From contig CAWDDT010000006.1 in assembly GCA_963801165.1 (NCBI GenBank), forward strand, positions 352,001 through 416,000: a stretch of 64,000 nt of DNA, given 5' to 3'. The notes beneath the pieces are model-generated. The model did no database searches, was not told the origin of the DNA, and worked only from the letters and a program-made list of their open reading frames with translations. The DNA is from an uncultured bacterium. Its GTDB lineage: Bacteria; Actinomycetota; Acidimicrobiia; Spongiisociales; UBA5794. Positions 42,002 to 54,270 of the stretch are shown here, one piece after another. A program made the translations under genes and the position numbers. Each line of letters begins with the position of its first letter. Position 1 is the first letter of the stretch.

Positions 42002-43291
42002 ATGCCTTTCGTCGAGCCCCCCGATCTGAGCATCCTGCGCGACCTCAGCGGAAGCAGACACCGGGCCCGACCCATCGTATGGGGACAGGCGGTGTCCCTC
42101 CTCGGCGACTACATCGCCTACGTGACGGTACCTCTCTTCATCGTCCACCTCACCCACCGGGCATTTGACCTCGGCTTGACGTCGGCGGCGGAGACTCTGC
42201 CCACACTTCTGTTCGGCTTCACTGCCGGTGTCTTCCTCGACAGGTTTGCGATCAGGCCCATCCTCGTCGGCGCCGACTTGTTGCGCGCTGCCGCGTTCTT
42301 CTTGCTTGCCTTCGGTGCCGCCACCAATGTCGTCACCCCCTGGATGGTGTTTCTCGCAGCGTTCATAATCGGGTCGCTGGCCACCTTCTTCAACAGCGGT
42401 CTCGAGGCGTTGCTGCCTTCGGTGATTCCCGAGGAGCATCTGGTCACGGTGAACTCGCATCTGGCTCTGGCGCGGACAGCGGCGTTTGCGTTGGGCCCGG
42501 CCATCGGAGGCTTGCTCATCTCGGTGGGCGGCGGGTTTCCTGTCGCCTTTGCGGCCAACGCCGCAACCTTTCTAGTTTCCGCCTTCTACCTGGCGGGAGT
42601 GCGGGTCAAGCACCACGGCAAGCTCCCGTCCACAGAGAAATTTGTCACGGCTCTCCGCAGCGGCGTCGGGTTTCTGATGCGTCATCCCCAACTGCGTTGG
42701 ATGACGTTAGGGGCGGCCGTGGCCAACCTCGTCTTCGCTCCCCTGGAGGCAATGCTGCCCCTCTTCATCGAGAAGTACCTGGCATCCGGTGTCACGCCGC
42801 CTTCGTTCCTCCAGTTCCTCTTCTCCAACGAAGCCTTGATCGGGCTGTTCATCGGTCTCCAGGCGGCCGTCGGCAGCGCTCTCATCGCCATGGGACCCCG
42901 TATCGCCAGGCGGGCTCATCTCGGCAAGATGTTCGCCTGCGGGTTGCTTCTGTTTGGCGCGGGCTTCATCACGATGGCGCTTTCCAACAGCTTCTGGGGT
43001 TTCATCCCGGCCGGGTTGGGCGTCGGCGGTGTCGGCTTCGCCAACATCGCGATCGTGACCATGCGGCAGCGTCTCGCCCCACCCGAAATGCTCGGCCGGG
43101 TCGCGGCTGCCTCGCGCACGATGAGCTGGTCGCTGATCCCGCTCGGTGCCGCAATAGGCGGCGCCGTCGCCCAATGGGTTGGCATCCTCACCGTGTATCT
43201 GATCGGAAGCGCCGGGGTCATCATCACCGCGATCGCAGTGGCCAGGACCCAGGTGTGGACCGATCCCGTGGTGCGGTCGGTAGACGCCTAG
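42002..43291 (+). CDS. MFS transporter
   Basis: GQAVSLLGD, GVFLDRF motif A, about 12 hydrophobic segments, PEMLGRV. Confidence 0.93.
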   Translation: MPFVEPPDLSILRDLSGSRHRARPIVWGQAVSLLGDYIAYVTVPLFIVHLTHRAFDLGLTSAAETLPTLLFGFTAGVFLDRFAIRPILVGADLLRAAAFFLLAFGAATNVVTPWMVFLAAFIIGSLATFFNSGLEALLPSVIPEEHLVTVNSHLALARTAAFALGPAIGGLLISVGGGFPVAFAANAATFLVSAFYLAGVRVKHHGKLPSTEKFVTALRSGVGFLMRHPQLRWMTLGAAVANLVFAPLEAMLPLFIEKYLASGVTPPSFLQFLFSNEALIGLFIGLQAAVGSALIAMGPRIARRAHLGKMFACGLLLFGAGFITMALSNSFWGFIPAGLGVGGVGFANIAIVTMRQRLAPPEMLGRVAAASRTMSWSLIPLGAAIGGAVAQWVGILTVYLIGSAGVIITAIAVARTQVWTDPVVRSVDA

Positions 43292-43322
43292 CAGGCGTCC
43301 GGCGGTGTGGCGGGCGGACGGC

Positions 43323-43445
43323 TCAGCGGAACCCACGCCGCTTCGGCTGGGTCTTGCCACGACCTCGCGCCAGCCACCCGATGAGGAACCCGAACAGCAC
43401 CGCAACCACGATCCAAACGATGATCTCTCCGGCCACGAACAACAT
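43323..43445 (-). CDS. 40-aa single-TM microprotein after OmpA gene (ArfB-like; not in ORF track)
   Basis: Hand translation MLFVAGEIIVWIVVAVLFGFLIGWLARGRGKTQPKRRGFR*; GGAGG upstream; starts 5 nt after OmpA stop. Confidence 0.75.
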   Translation of the reverse strand: MLFVAGEIIVWIVVAVLFGFLIGWLARGRGKTQPKRRGFR

Positions 43446-43450
43446 GAGAG

Positions 43451-44671
43451 CTATTCCTCCAAAGCCTTGAATTCGATGCGGCGGTTGCGAGCCCTTCCCT
43501 CTTCCGTGTCGTTCGACGCCACCGGGAACTGCTCCCCGAAGCCCTGAACCACGAAACGCGTCGGATCCTGCCCCTTTGCGGTGAAATAGTCAAAGGCGGC
43601 CTGGGCTCTCCGTTCGCTCAGGTCTTGATTGGCGGCCTCGTCGCCCTGATTGTCGGTGTAGCCATCGATCTCGATCGGCACGTTCGGGAATTGCTCGAGC
43701 GCGTCGAGGATTTCGTTGAGGAGGTCGACGCCTGCGGGCGTCAGCCGGTCACTGTTCAACTCGAACTCGACGACCTTGCCTGCGATCAGATCGTCGATAT
43801 TCTGCTGGAGTTGCTCCACCTGCTGGTGGGTAAACGGCGGCGGTTCCGGGATGGAGAGACCATTGATGAAGTTGAACGTCGTTCCGTCCACAAACGCCTG
43901 CACTTGTTGCTCGGCATCGGCGCGCTGCTGCCGGGTCTCGTATTGACCGGTCACCTGGATAATGCGCTCCGCCGGATTGATGAACACTTTCCCCTCGGCG
44001 AGTGTTGTGCCACTGACGTCAATGATCCCAACGGCCGACGAGATCCAGTCGCGTTCGCTTGGAGCCCCTTCCTTGACGACGAACTCATCGGAGGTGACAT
44101 GATCGGGGAAGATCTCGTCGAGCGTCGACACCAGCAGGCTTCGGTTGGGCTCGCTCGACACCTCCCCGACGATCGTCGCATCGCCGGCTGCCCAGATGAC
44201 CGAGATCGGTCCGGCCACCACGGTCGGGCCGCTACGGTCGACAGGTGGCACGTACTCGAGGTCGGTGGTGACGCTGGTCACACCTTCGATGGCGAGGATG
44301 GCAGCCGGCAAGTCATCCTTGAACGTCTCCACACCAACGGTTCCCCGCAGCCGAATATCGGTTGCGGTGGCGTCGACCGATACCTCGGTCCTTTCGACCA
44401 CCGTGGGATCCTCCTCGGCCGCCTGTGCCACCGCACGGTCGATAGTCGCCATCGCCTCAGTCTCGAGACGGCTCTCGATCGCCTTCATCCCGAAGATCAG
44501 GGCAAGCACGGCGAGGATCAGGGTCCCCAAGACGGTTGCGGACACGAACATGCCCAGCTCGACGAGCTGGGTATCGCTCGGACGACCGGGCATGGGCGGG
44601 GACGGCCTGGCATTGCGCGAACCCGCTTCACCGATCTGTTGCAGCCGGTTTCTTACCTTCTTCTTCGCCAT
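43451..44671 (-). CDS. Membrane-anchored BON-like + OmpA C-terminal domain protein (ArfA-like)
   Basis: TM, IRLRGTV/ATIVGEV BON-like repeats, GYTDNQG...NQDLSERRA...NRRIEF. Confidence 0.85.
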   Translation of the reverse strand: MAKKKVRNRLQQIGEAGSRNARPSPPMPGRPSDTQLVELGMFVSATVLGTLILAVLALIFGMKAIESRLETEAMATIDRAVAQAAEEDPTVVERTEVSVDATATDIRLRGTVGVETFKDDLPAAILAIEGVTSVTTDLEYVPPVDRSGPTVVAGPISVIWAAGDATIVGEVSSEPNRSLLVSTLDEIFPDHVTSDEFVVKEGAPSERDWISSAVGIIDVSGTTLAEGKVFINPAERIIQVTGQYETRQQRADAEQQVQAFVDGTTFNFINGLSIPEPPPFTHQQVEQLQQNIDDLIAGKVVEFELNSDRLTPAGVDLLNEILDALEQFPNVPIEIDGYTDNQGDEAANQDLSERRAQAAFDYFTAKGQDPTRFVVQGFGEQFPVASNDTEEGRARNRRIEFKALEE

Positions 44672-44720
44672 GGATCTTCTTCGCCACCGATTTCTTTGCT
44701 ATCGGTCAACTGACCCGTCG

Positions 44721-44815
44721 TTCACCAACCAGGCATAGTTTCACCAACCAGGCATAGTTTCACCAACCAGGCATAGTTTCACCAACCAGGCATAGTTTCA
44801 CCAACCAGGCATAGT
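44721..44815. repeat. Five perfect tandem copies of TTCACCAACCAGGCATAGT
   Basis: Units start at 44721, 44740, 44759, 44778, 44797; no spacers. Confidence 0.98.
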
Positions 44816-44856
44816 AATGGTCGAACCGGCTATCGAGTGGCCGGGGGCACCTGGAG

Positions 44857-45561
44857 TCAGATCGCGAGCTCGTGCTCTGGTGACAACAGCGTGGCCTGTG
44901 GCTCCGCAGCGCTCGTCTCGTCGAGCACCATCTTGATGATCGCGTGGCGCTCGGCGCCCGTGGTCAGCATTTCCGCGACTGCGTCTTGCAGCAGCCGCAG
45001 TGCCGCGGCCAGCCGATCGTGTTGCTGTTCGGCGCCGGCGACGATCGCAGCTGCCTCCGCCTCAGCGGCCGTCAGCATCCGCTCGGCCTCGGCCCTGATG
45101 ACCAGCACGGCCCGCTCGCCGTCGGCGGCGGCCTTGGAGCGGATCATGGCCGACTCGCGCTCGGCGTCCCCGAGCATGGCGGATGCCTGATCGAGCATGA
45201 GCTTGGCCTGCTCCCGGAGCGTCTCGACCTCTTGGGCTCCCACACTGCTGGCGGCCTGGCTCTCGGCGCGTTCCAGAATCTCGTTCGCCCGCCTCTCGGC
45301 GTCAGCCAACATCAGCTGTTTCTTCTCGACCGCTTCTAGGAAGGCGTGTTCGATGCTCGATGAGGTCTCCCGGCGGGCATCCAGCTCAGACTCGAGCGTC
45401 TTCACCTTGCCAAAGAGGGCGGCAGTCTTGTCCTCGAGTTGCCGCACAGCGATCACCGTCGCATCGATGAACCCGTCGACCTCACCACGGTCGTACCCAC
45501 GCACAGCCAGCGAAAACTGTGCGCCTTCGATCTCGTTCCAAAGCTTCACGGCCGTCTCCAT
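44857..45561 (-). CDS. DivIVA-domain coiled-coil protein
   Basis: FSLAVRGYDRGEVDGFID then Ala/Glu-rich coil. Confidence 0.85.
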   Translation of the reverse strand: METAVKLWNEIEGAQFSLAVRGYDRGEVDGFIDATVIAVRQLEDKTAALFGKVKTLESELDARRETSSSIEHAFLEAVEKKQLMLADAERRANEILERAESQAASSVGAQEVETLREQAKLMLDQASAMLGDAERESAMIRSKAAADGERAVLVIRAEAERMLTAAEAEAAAIVAGAEQQHDRLAAALRLLQDAVAEMLTTGAERHAIIKMVLDETSAAEPQATLLSPEHELAI

Positions 45562-45605
45562 ATCTCGACAGCCCCCTACCGCCACTCGTAGTGTATCGGT
45601 CACTA

Positions 45606-46076
45606 CTATGCGTGGTCAAGGTATTTCGTCAGCCTCGCGAGAAATGGAACTTGCGCCGGATTGAGCAACCGCGCGGCTTGCTCCACCGAAACCCAGGCGA
45701 CCCGATCCACCTCGGGGAAATCGATGACCCGACCGCTCCCGCGCGGCCACTCCATGGTCACCAGGTTCGAGCTCGCCTGCGCCGGGTCAACGGCACCGGG
45801 AGCGGCCCATGCCATCACCTCTTTCCCGGATCGCATTGTGACCGAGCCGAGTGAAAAGATGTCTCCGGAGTCCACGGAGAACCCGGTCTCCTCGGTGAAT
45901 TCCCGCAGCGCAGCCTGCTCGGGATCCTCACCCTGCTCTACCAGCCCTTTCGGCACGCTCCACGCCCCGGAGTCCTTCCTCGCCCAGAACGGCCCGCCCG
46001 GGTGGGCAATCAGCACCTCGACATCACCGCGGTCTCGCCGGAACATGAGGATGCCGGCACTCCGCTGCCCGGTCAC
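45606..46076 (-). CDS. NUDIX hydrolase
   Basis: SAGILMF, HPGGPFW, WSVPKG...ALREFTEETG, FPEVDR. Confidence 0.9.
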   Translation of the reverse strand: MTGQRSAGILMFRRDRGDVEVLIAHPGGPFWARKDSGAWSVPKGLVEQGEDPEQAALREFTEETGFSVDSGDIFSLGSVTMRSGKEVMAWAAPGAVDPAQASSNLVTMEWPRGSGRVIDFPEVDRVAWVSVEQAARLLNPAQVPFLARLTKYLDHA

Positions 46077-47392
46077 AGAGGTTGGATCGGCGGCGGTTCC
46101 GGTGGCGGCTCCGGTGGCGGCGGATCGGTGACAATAGGGTTGTACGAATGCGACCAACTCTCGAAGCTCGACGTGCCGTCCTGATAGCGGATCGTGCGGG
46201 TCACGGTCGCATAGCCTCCGCCCGAGGTCGTTGCCGACCCGGTCAAAGTGGTCGACACGACACGCCGGCCATTGGCTCCGACCAGGCGCACAGTGATGCT
46301 GGTATCGGTGTGCTCGGTTTCGATGGTCACCGGATAGTCCGTGTCATTGCGAAACACCACGTCGGGCAGCGTCCAGCCCAGCGTCGCTTCCCGGCCCAGT
46401 GGATATCGTGGGAAGTAGATCGAGTGCGGCTGGTGGTACACGTCTTGGAGACCGGCGAAGAAGATGGCGTTGTACAGAGTCGTGGCGAACTGGCTCGTAC
46501 CGCCACCCACCTCGGCCACCAGCTCCCCGCTGCGGATGGCACCGGCCGGAACGTATCCCTTCTCCGTAGTCCGCTCCCCGACGTAGTCGTTCAACGACCA
46601 CGTCTCCCCTACCGGCACGACGGCGCCGTCGACGGTGTCGGCTATCAGGTGGATGTTGGTGACGCGTGATTCGCAGCACTTGTGATAGGTCGTGAACTCG
46701 CCCAGAACGTAGGGACGAATGGGCGGCACGATCGGCTGCAGATCCAGAGCCCGCACCAGGAACACGGCGAGGTTCTTACGCCGAATCGGGTTCTCGGGGC
46801 AGAAGGTGGTTTCCCCGCACCCGCTCGTGATCCCGGCGGCAGCGAGCGCTTCGATCTCGGTCTGGAACACCGAAGAGTCGTCGTCGGTAAACGTGTCGAC
46901 ACCCTCGGGCGCCTCATAGCCAAAGCCGCGGACGAGAAAGGCTGCCATCTCACCGCGCGTTATCGGGCGGTCGGGGCAGAACATGTCATTGACGGGCGGG
47001 TTGCAGCCCTTAGTGACATCCGCCGCGACCAGCGCGGCGATGTCGGCCTCGTGAGGCGAGCCATCGTCATCGATGAACTGGTCCGCACCGGCCGTAGACG
47101 GCAGATGGAGCGCCCGTACCAGGAACGAGGCGACCTGACCGCGAGTCACCGACTCATCGGGGCAGAAGAGATCATCGGCGGGCGGGTTGCAACCCTTCGT
47201 CACACCCGAAGCGGCCAGAGCCTCGATGTAGCCCTCCTGCTGCATGTCGTCATCGTCCAGAAAGGTCCCCCCGGGCGACAACCCGACGTCGGAATCGTCG
47301 GCACCGGCCGGAACAGCCGGTGCCAGCAGCGCGGCCACGGCCGCAAGCACAACCAGCAGCCGAACCGCTCTGAGATCGAGGAACCAACGCAT
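46073..47392 (-). CDS. Secreted SLH-repeat + VanW domain protein
   Basis: Signal peptide, three GVTKGC..FCP..TRG SLH repeats, GGGTSQFATTLYN, HS...RYPLGREAT. Confidence 0.88.
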   Translation of the reverse strand: MRWFLDLRAVRLLVVLAAVAALLAPAVPAGADDSDVGLSPGGTFLDDDDMQQEGYIEALAASGVTKGCNPPADDLFCPDESVTRGQVASFLVRALHLPSTAGADQFIDDDGSPHEADIAALVAADVTKGCNPPVNDMFCPDRPITRGEMAAFLVRGFGYEAPEGVDTFTDDDSSVFQTEIEALAAAGITSGCGETTFCPENPIRRKNLAVFLVRALDLQPIVPPIRPYVLGEFTTYHKCCESRVTNIHLIADTVDGAVVPVGETWSLNDYVGERTTEKGYVPAGAIRSGELVAEVGGGTSQFATTLYNAIFFAGLQDVYHQPHSIYFPRYPLGREATLGWTLPDVVFRNDTDYPVTIETEHTDTSITVRLVGANGRRVVSTTLTGSATTSGGGYATVTRTIRYQDGTSSFESWSHSYNPIVTDPPPPEPPPEPPPIQPL

Positions 47393-47528
47393 TCCGTTAA
47401 CCACCAAATAGCGAGGTTATCGCCCATCGGCCAGCTATGAAAAATCCTTCTCCACGGACTATGGGATAGGGCTAGGGTTGCCCACGGAGAGTGCGGCGTC
47501 GCAGACGCCGTGTATCGAGGGAGAATGA

Positions 47529-50824
<3,296 letters not shown>

Positions 50825-50843
<19 letters not shown>

Positions 50844-50867
50844 GGGGCATCATCAACAAACCATGAG
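50825..50867. repeat. 20-bp direct repeat spanning the S8 stop codon
   Basis: CATCATCAACAAACCATGAG at 50825-50844 and 50848-50867. Confidence 0.95.
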
Positions 50868-50881
50868 CGGTCGCAAATGAA

Positions 50882-50918
50882 GGAAACGGCCGGTCCCCGC
50901 ATGGTGCCGGCCGTTTCC
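50882..50918. terminator. Hairpin between convergent S8 and IMPase genes
   Basis: GGAAACGGCCGG...CCGGCCGTTTCC. Confidence 0.7.
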
Positions 50919-51001
50919 GTCCTCCCCGCACGATCTAGAAGGGTGCTGTTTCATCGCCATAAAGGTCGCGGCGCTCGACACACCACCGTCGTCAGCGGTG
51001 C

Positions 51002-51871
51002 CTACCCCAGAATCAAGACCCGCAGCTGATCGAACACACCTGGAGTCGCGGCCAGGATGGTGCCGTTGTTCATCTCGGACCCCAGCTCGACCCTGGCCCC
51101 CGCCTCCGTCGCCAGGAACGCACCGGCTGCGACATCCCACTCCTTGAGCCCTTCCTGGTAAAACGCCTCCAATCGCCCGCAGGCGACCCAGCACAGATGG
51201 AGCGCCGCAGACCCGAAACAGCGGATATCGCGCGCCTCGGGAAGCACACGCGCCACGACGGCCCCTTCGCGGCGCCGCACCTCTGCGGCGCAGGAGAATC
51301 CAGTGCCGACCAGGGCGTCACTCAACCCGGTTGTCGAGCTAGGCGCAACGAGCGCACCTTCTCGACGTACCCCGTTGCCGACGCTGCCTCTGAAGACCTC
51401 CGCACGCACCACGTCGACAACGGCGCCTGCGACCACCTCGCCGTCGACCGTTGCCGCAATCGAGACGCTCATGACGGGAAGGTCATAGAGGAAGTTGACG
51501 GTACCGTCGATCGGGTCGATCACCCATCCGATCGACGTCGTGCCCTCGATCGGGGCCCGTTCCTCGCCACAAATCGCGGCACCAGGTGTGGCCGCCAACA
51601 GCCGGCCGCGGATGAAGGTCTCGACCTCGACATCGGCAGCGGTGACGACATCCGTCGGTGTGGACTTCGTCTTTACTGTCTGGGTTCTTCCCAGGTGGTT
51701 TCGAATCAGCTCAGCCGCCGCTTCTGCGACATCGACGGCAATCTCCTCGAGCCCGGCGGGGTCCTCGCTCTCCGGCGATCCGAGGACGTTCCACGCAAGC
51801 GCGGTGGCGTCGGGGTGCAACGCGGACCCGCCGGCAACGGGAGGGCGAACGGGTACACGCTCAGTCGGCAC
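51002..51871 (-). CDS. Inositol monophosphatase family protein
   Basis: DVVTAAD, GEE, WVIDPIDGTVNF, GSAAL, WDVAAG. Confidence 0.93.
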   Translation of the reverse strand: MPTERVPVRPPVAGGSALHPDATALAWNVLGSPESEDPAGLEEIAVDVAEAAAELIRNHLGRTQTVKTKSTPTDVVTAADVEVETFIRGRLLAATPGAAICGEERAPIEGTTSIGWVIDPIDGTVNFLYDLPVMSVSIAATVDGEVVAGAVVDVVRAEVFRGSVGNGVRREGALVAPSSTTGLSDALVGTGFSCAAEVRRREGAVVARVLPEARDIRCFGSAALHLCWVACGRLEAFYQEGLKEWDVAAGAFLATEAGARVELGSEMNNGTILAATPGVFDQLRVLILG

Positions 51872-52655
51872 AGATCACCTGCGGGCCTAATTGCCTGAGC
51901 GCGTTGATCGTGTCCTCGGGCACTCCGTCGTCGGTCACAATCGTGTCGATCTCTTCGACGGCGGCAAACCGAAATATCTGATCGTTGCCAACCTTGGCGT
52001 GGTCGAACAGCATGACAACGCGACGTGCGGCGGCGATCATGGCTCGCTTTATGGCGACTTCCTCACGGTAGGGCGTGGTGAAGCCACGCGCCGGCGACAC
52101 TCGATCCGTGCTGATGAAAAGAACATCAACGGCGAGGTCCCGAACAGTGTCGACGCCGGTCGCATCGACCATGGCCATCGTGTTCTTCTTGAGAAAACCG
52201 CCGATTACGTTCACTTCGATGGCGTCTCGCGTCGACAGAGACTGAATCACCGGAATGGAATTGGTGAAGACAGTCAGCTCGCGATCGTTCGGCAGCAACT
52301 CGGCGAAGAAACTGAGGGTGCTCCCGGAGTCGATCATGATCGTCCCCTCGCCGGGAAGCTCTTCCACGGCGCGGCGTGCGATCTTCCGCTTCTCAGCGGC
52401 GTTCTGGGTGTCACGTATGATCAGCCTCGGCTCATGCCGGACCCGCTGGTAGGCGACGGCGCCGCCGTGTACCCGCCGCACGATCCGCCTCCGGTCGAGT
52501 TCGGAGAGGTCACGCCTGATCGTCTCAGTCGTCACGGCAAATCGTCGCGCCAGATCGGCAACCTCGACACGGCCCTCATCGAAGACCAGTCGCGCTATCT
52601 CGTCCTGGCGCTCGGATTGGAACCGAGGACGGTCGGCCGTGTCTTCGATGGTCAT
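51861..52655 (-). CDS. DeoR/GlpR family regulator
   Basis: VTTETIRRDL...RVHGGA, IDSGST. Confidence 0.95.
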   Translation of the reverse strand: MTIEDTADRPRFQSERQDEIARLVFDEGRVEVADLARRFAVTTETIRRDLSELDRRRIVRRVHGGAVAYQRVRHEPRLIIRDTQNAAEKRKIARRAVEELPGEGTIMIDSGSTLSFFAELLPNDRELTVFTNSIPVIQSLSTRDAIEVNVIGGFLKKNTMAMVDATGVDTVRDLAVDVLFISTDRVSPARGFTTPYREEVAIKRAMIAAARRVVMLFDHAKVGNDQIFRFAAVEEIDTIVTDDGVPEDTINALRQLGPQVICAD

Positions 52656-52666
52656 GGGTGCTCGCC

Positions 52667-54130
52667 TCAGGTGACGTTCAGGACCGAACTAAGCGTGGCG
52701 CGGACACCGCGCGAACGCAATTCGTTCAGACTACCGACAAAGGCCGTGCGAAAGCGGGCATCTTGGACGAGGTCGTCGCCAAAGACCCGAGCGTAGGTGA
52801 GAAAGTGCTCCGGGTTCGCCAGCGACTGACGTGCGACCGACCGTGCGTTCTCGAGATCGGGATCAGAAGCCAGCCGGATCTCACTGCCGTCATCGGCGAC
52901 TCCCACCAGGTACGAGCACCAACCGGCCAGAGCCAGCGCACTGAGGCCGATCGGTCCGCCGGCGCGCAGCTGATTTCTTATCGTCGGCATGAGGAACTTC
53001 GGGAACTTCGCCGATCCGTCGAGACACAGTCGAGAGATCTGATCCCCGATCGCCGGATTGGAGAATCGCTCGACGAGCTTCGCCTCGTAGGCGGGAACGT
53101 CGATGCCGGGGATGTTGGGCAAAACCGGACCTGCCTCCTTCTCGAGGAATGAGCCGAGAAAACCGCGCAACAGCGGCTCCGCCATCGCCTCGTCGACGTA
53201 CTCGACACCGGCGAGCGCGGCCAGATATGCCATCGTCGAGTGACCTGCGTTGAGCAGTCTCAGCTTCATGAGCTCGTACGGCTCGACATCGCCGGTCACA
53301 GTGATGTCCAGGTCTTCCCAAGGAGGACGTCCCGCAACGAATGAGTCCTCGATCACCCACTGGCGAAACGGCTCGGTGATGACGGGCCACCCGTCCTCGA
53401 GACCGTACTCGTCGGCCAGGTAGGCACGATCGGCATCGGTGGTAGCCGGCGTGATCCGGTCCACCATGGCGTTGGGGAACGTCACGTTCTCATCGATCCA
53501 ACGCGCCAGTACGGGGTCGAGCTCCTCGGCGACACCGAGCACGGCCAGGCGGGCGACCGAGCCGTTCTCGATCACGTTGTCACAACTCATCACGGTAATC
53601 GGGCCGACCCCGGTGTCCCTCCTCCTGCGCAGGGCGGCCACGATCACACCAAAAGCACTGTCCCGCCCTGCGGGAGCCCTGGCGGGATCGTAAACGCGAG
53701 CGTCCTCATCCACCGGGTAACCGCCCTCGGTGACGGTTAGCGAGACGATCCTCGTCGCCGGGTCGGCGATGCGAGCGACAAGTGGCTCTATGTCGCCCGC
53801 GGCCAGGATGTAGTCGACGATGCTGCCTATGACCTGTGCCTTGGTCTCGGCCTCGCCCCGGGTCACCAGGGTGTAGAGGCCGTCCTGAGCACCAAGCACC
53901 CGGGCCATCCCGGCGTCGGCGGCCATGACTCCACTCCCGGCTATCGCCCAGTCGCGGTGACCGGCGGCGGCGAGCTCGTCGGCGTAGGTGGCGAGATGGG
54001 CACGATGGAAGCCACCGACACCGATGTGGACGATCCCGGCTACGAGTGCCGTGCGATCGTATGTGGGGACGACAATCCTGGGATCGAGGTTGTCGAGCGT
54101 GGCTGCTTGGAGAGATACGACTGGACTCAT
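52667..54130 (-). CDS. Mannitol dehydrogenase family (long-chain polyol dehydrogenase)
   Basis: IVHIGVGGFHRAH, TVTEGGY, SCDN, FPNAMVDRITP, KLRLLNAGH. Confidence 0.93.
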   Translation of the reverse strand: MSPVVSLQAATLDNLDPRIVVPTYDRTALVAGIVHIGVGGFHRAHLATYADELAAAGHRDWAIAGSGVMAADAGMARVLGAQDGLYTLVTRGEAETKAQVIGSIVDYILAAGDIEPLVARIADPATRIVSLTVTEGGYPVDEDARVYDPARAPAGRDSAFGVIVAALRRRRDTGVGPITVMSCDNVIENGSVARLAVLGVAEELDPVLARWIDENVTFPNAMVDRITPATTDADRAYLADEYGLEDGWPVITEPFRQWVIEDSFVAGRPPWEDLDITVTGDVEPYELMKLRLLNAGHSTMAYLAALAGVEYVDEAMAEPLLRGFLGSFLEKEAGPVLPNIPGIDVPAYEAKLVERFSNPAIGDQISRLCLDGSAKFPKFLMPTIRNQLRAGGPIGLSALALAGWCSYLVGVADDGSEIRLASDPDLENARSVARQSLANPEHFLTYARVFGDDLVQDARFRTAFVGSLNELRSRGVRATLSSVLNVT

Positions 54131-54143
54131 AGAAATGGTTATA

Positions 54144-54222
54144 CCAACGCAAAACCAAAAAATCAATGTTGATTTTTCTGTGTATTGCCGCGATAATGCC
54201 CCGAAAGCCAACAGAAAACCAA
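54144..54222. promoter_or_regulatory. Divergent promoter with direct and inverted repeats (candidate DeoR operators)
   Basis: CCAAC-NN-AAAACCAA at 54144 and 54208; AAAAATCAA-TG-TTGATTTTT at 54158-54177. Confidence 0.65.
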
Positions 54223-54270
54223 GTTGGTACGACCGCCGGCGGAGGAGCCGGCGGGAGGAAGGAGACTTAA

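Noticed and set aside
44721-44815. CRISPR or guide array interpretation
   Set aside because: Units are identical and contiguous with no spacers and no cas-like gene nearby
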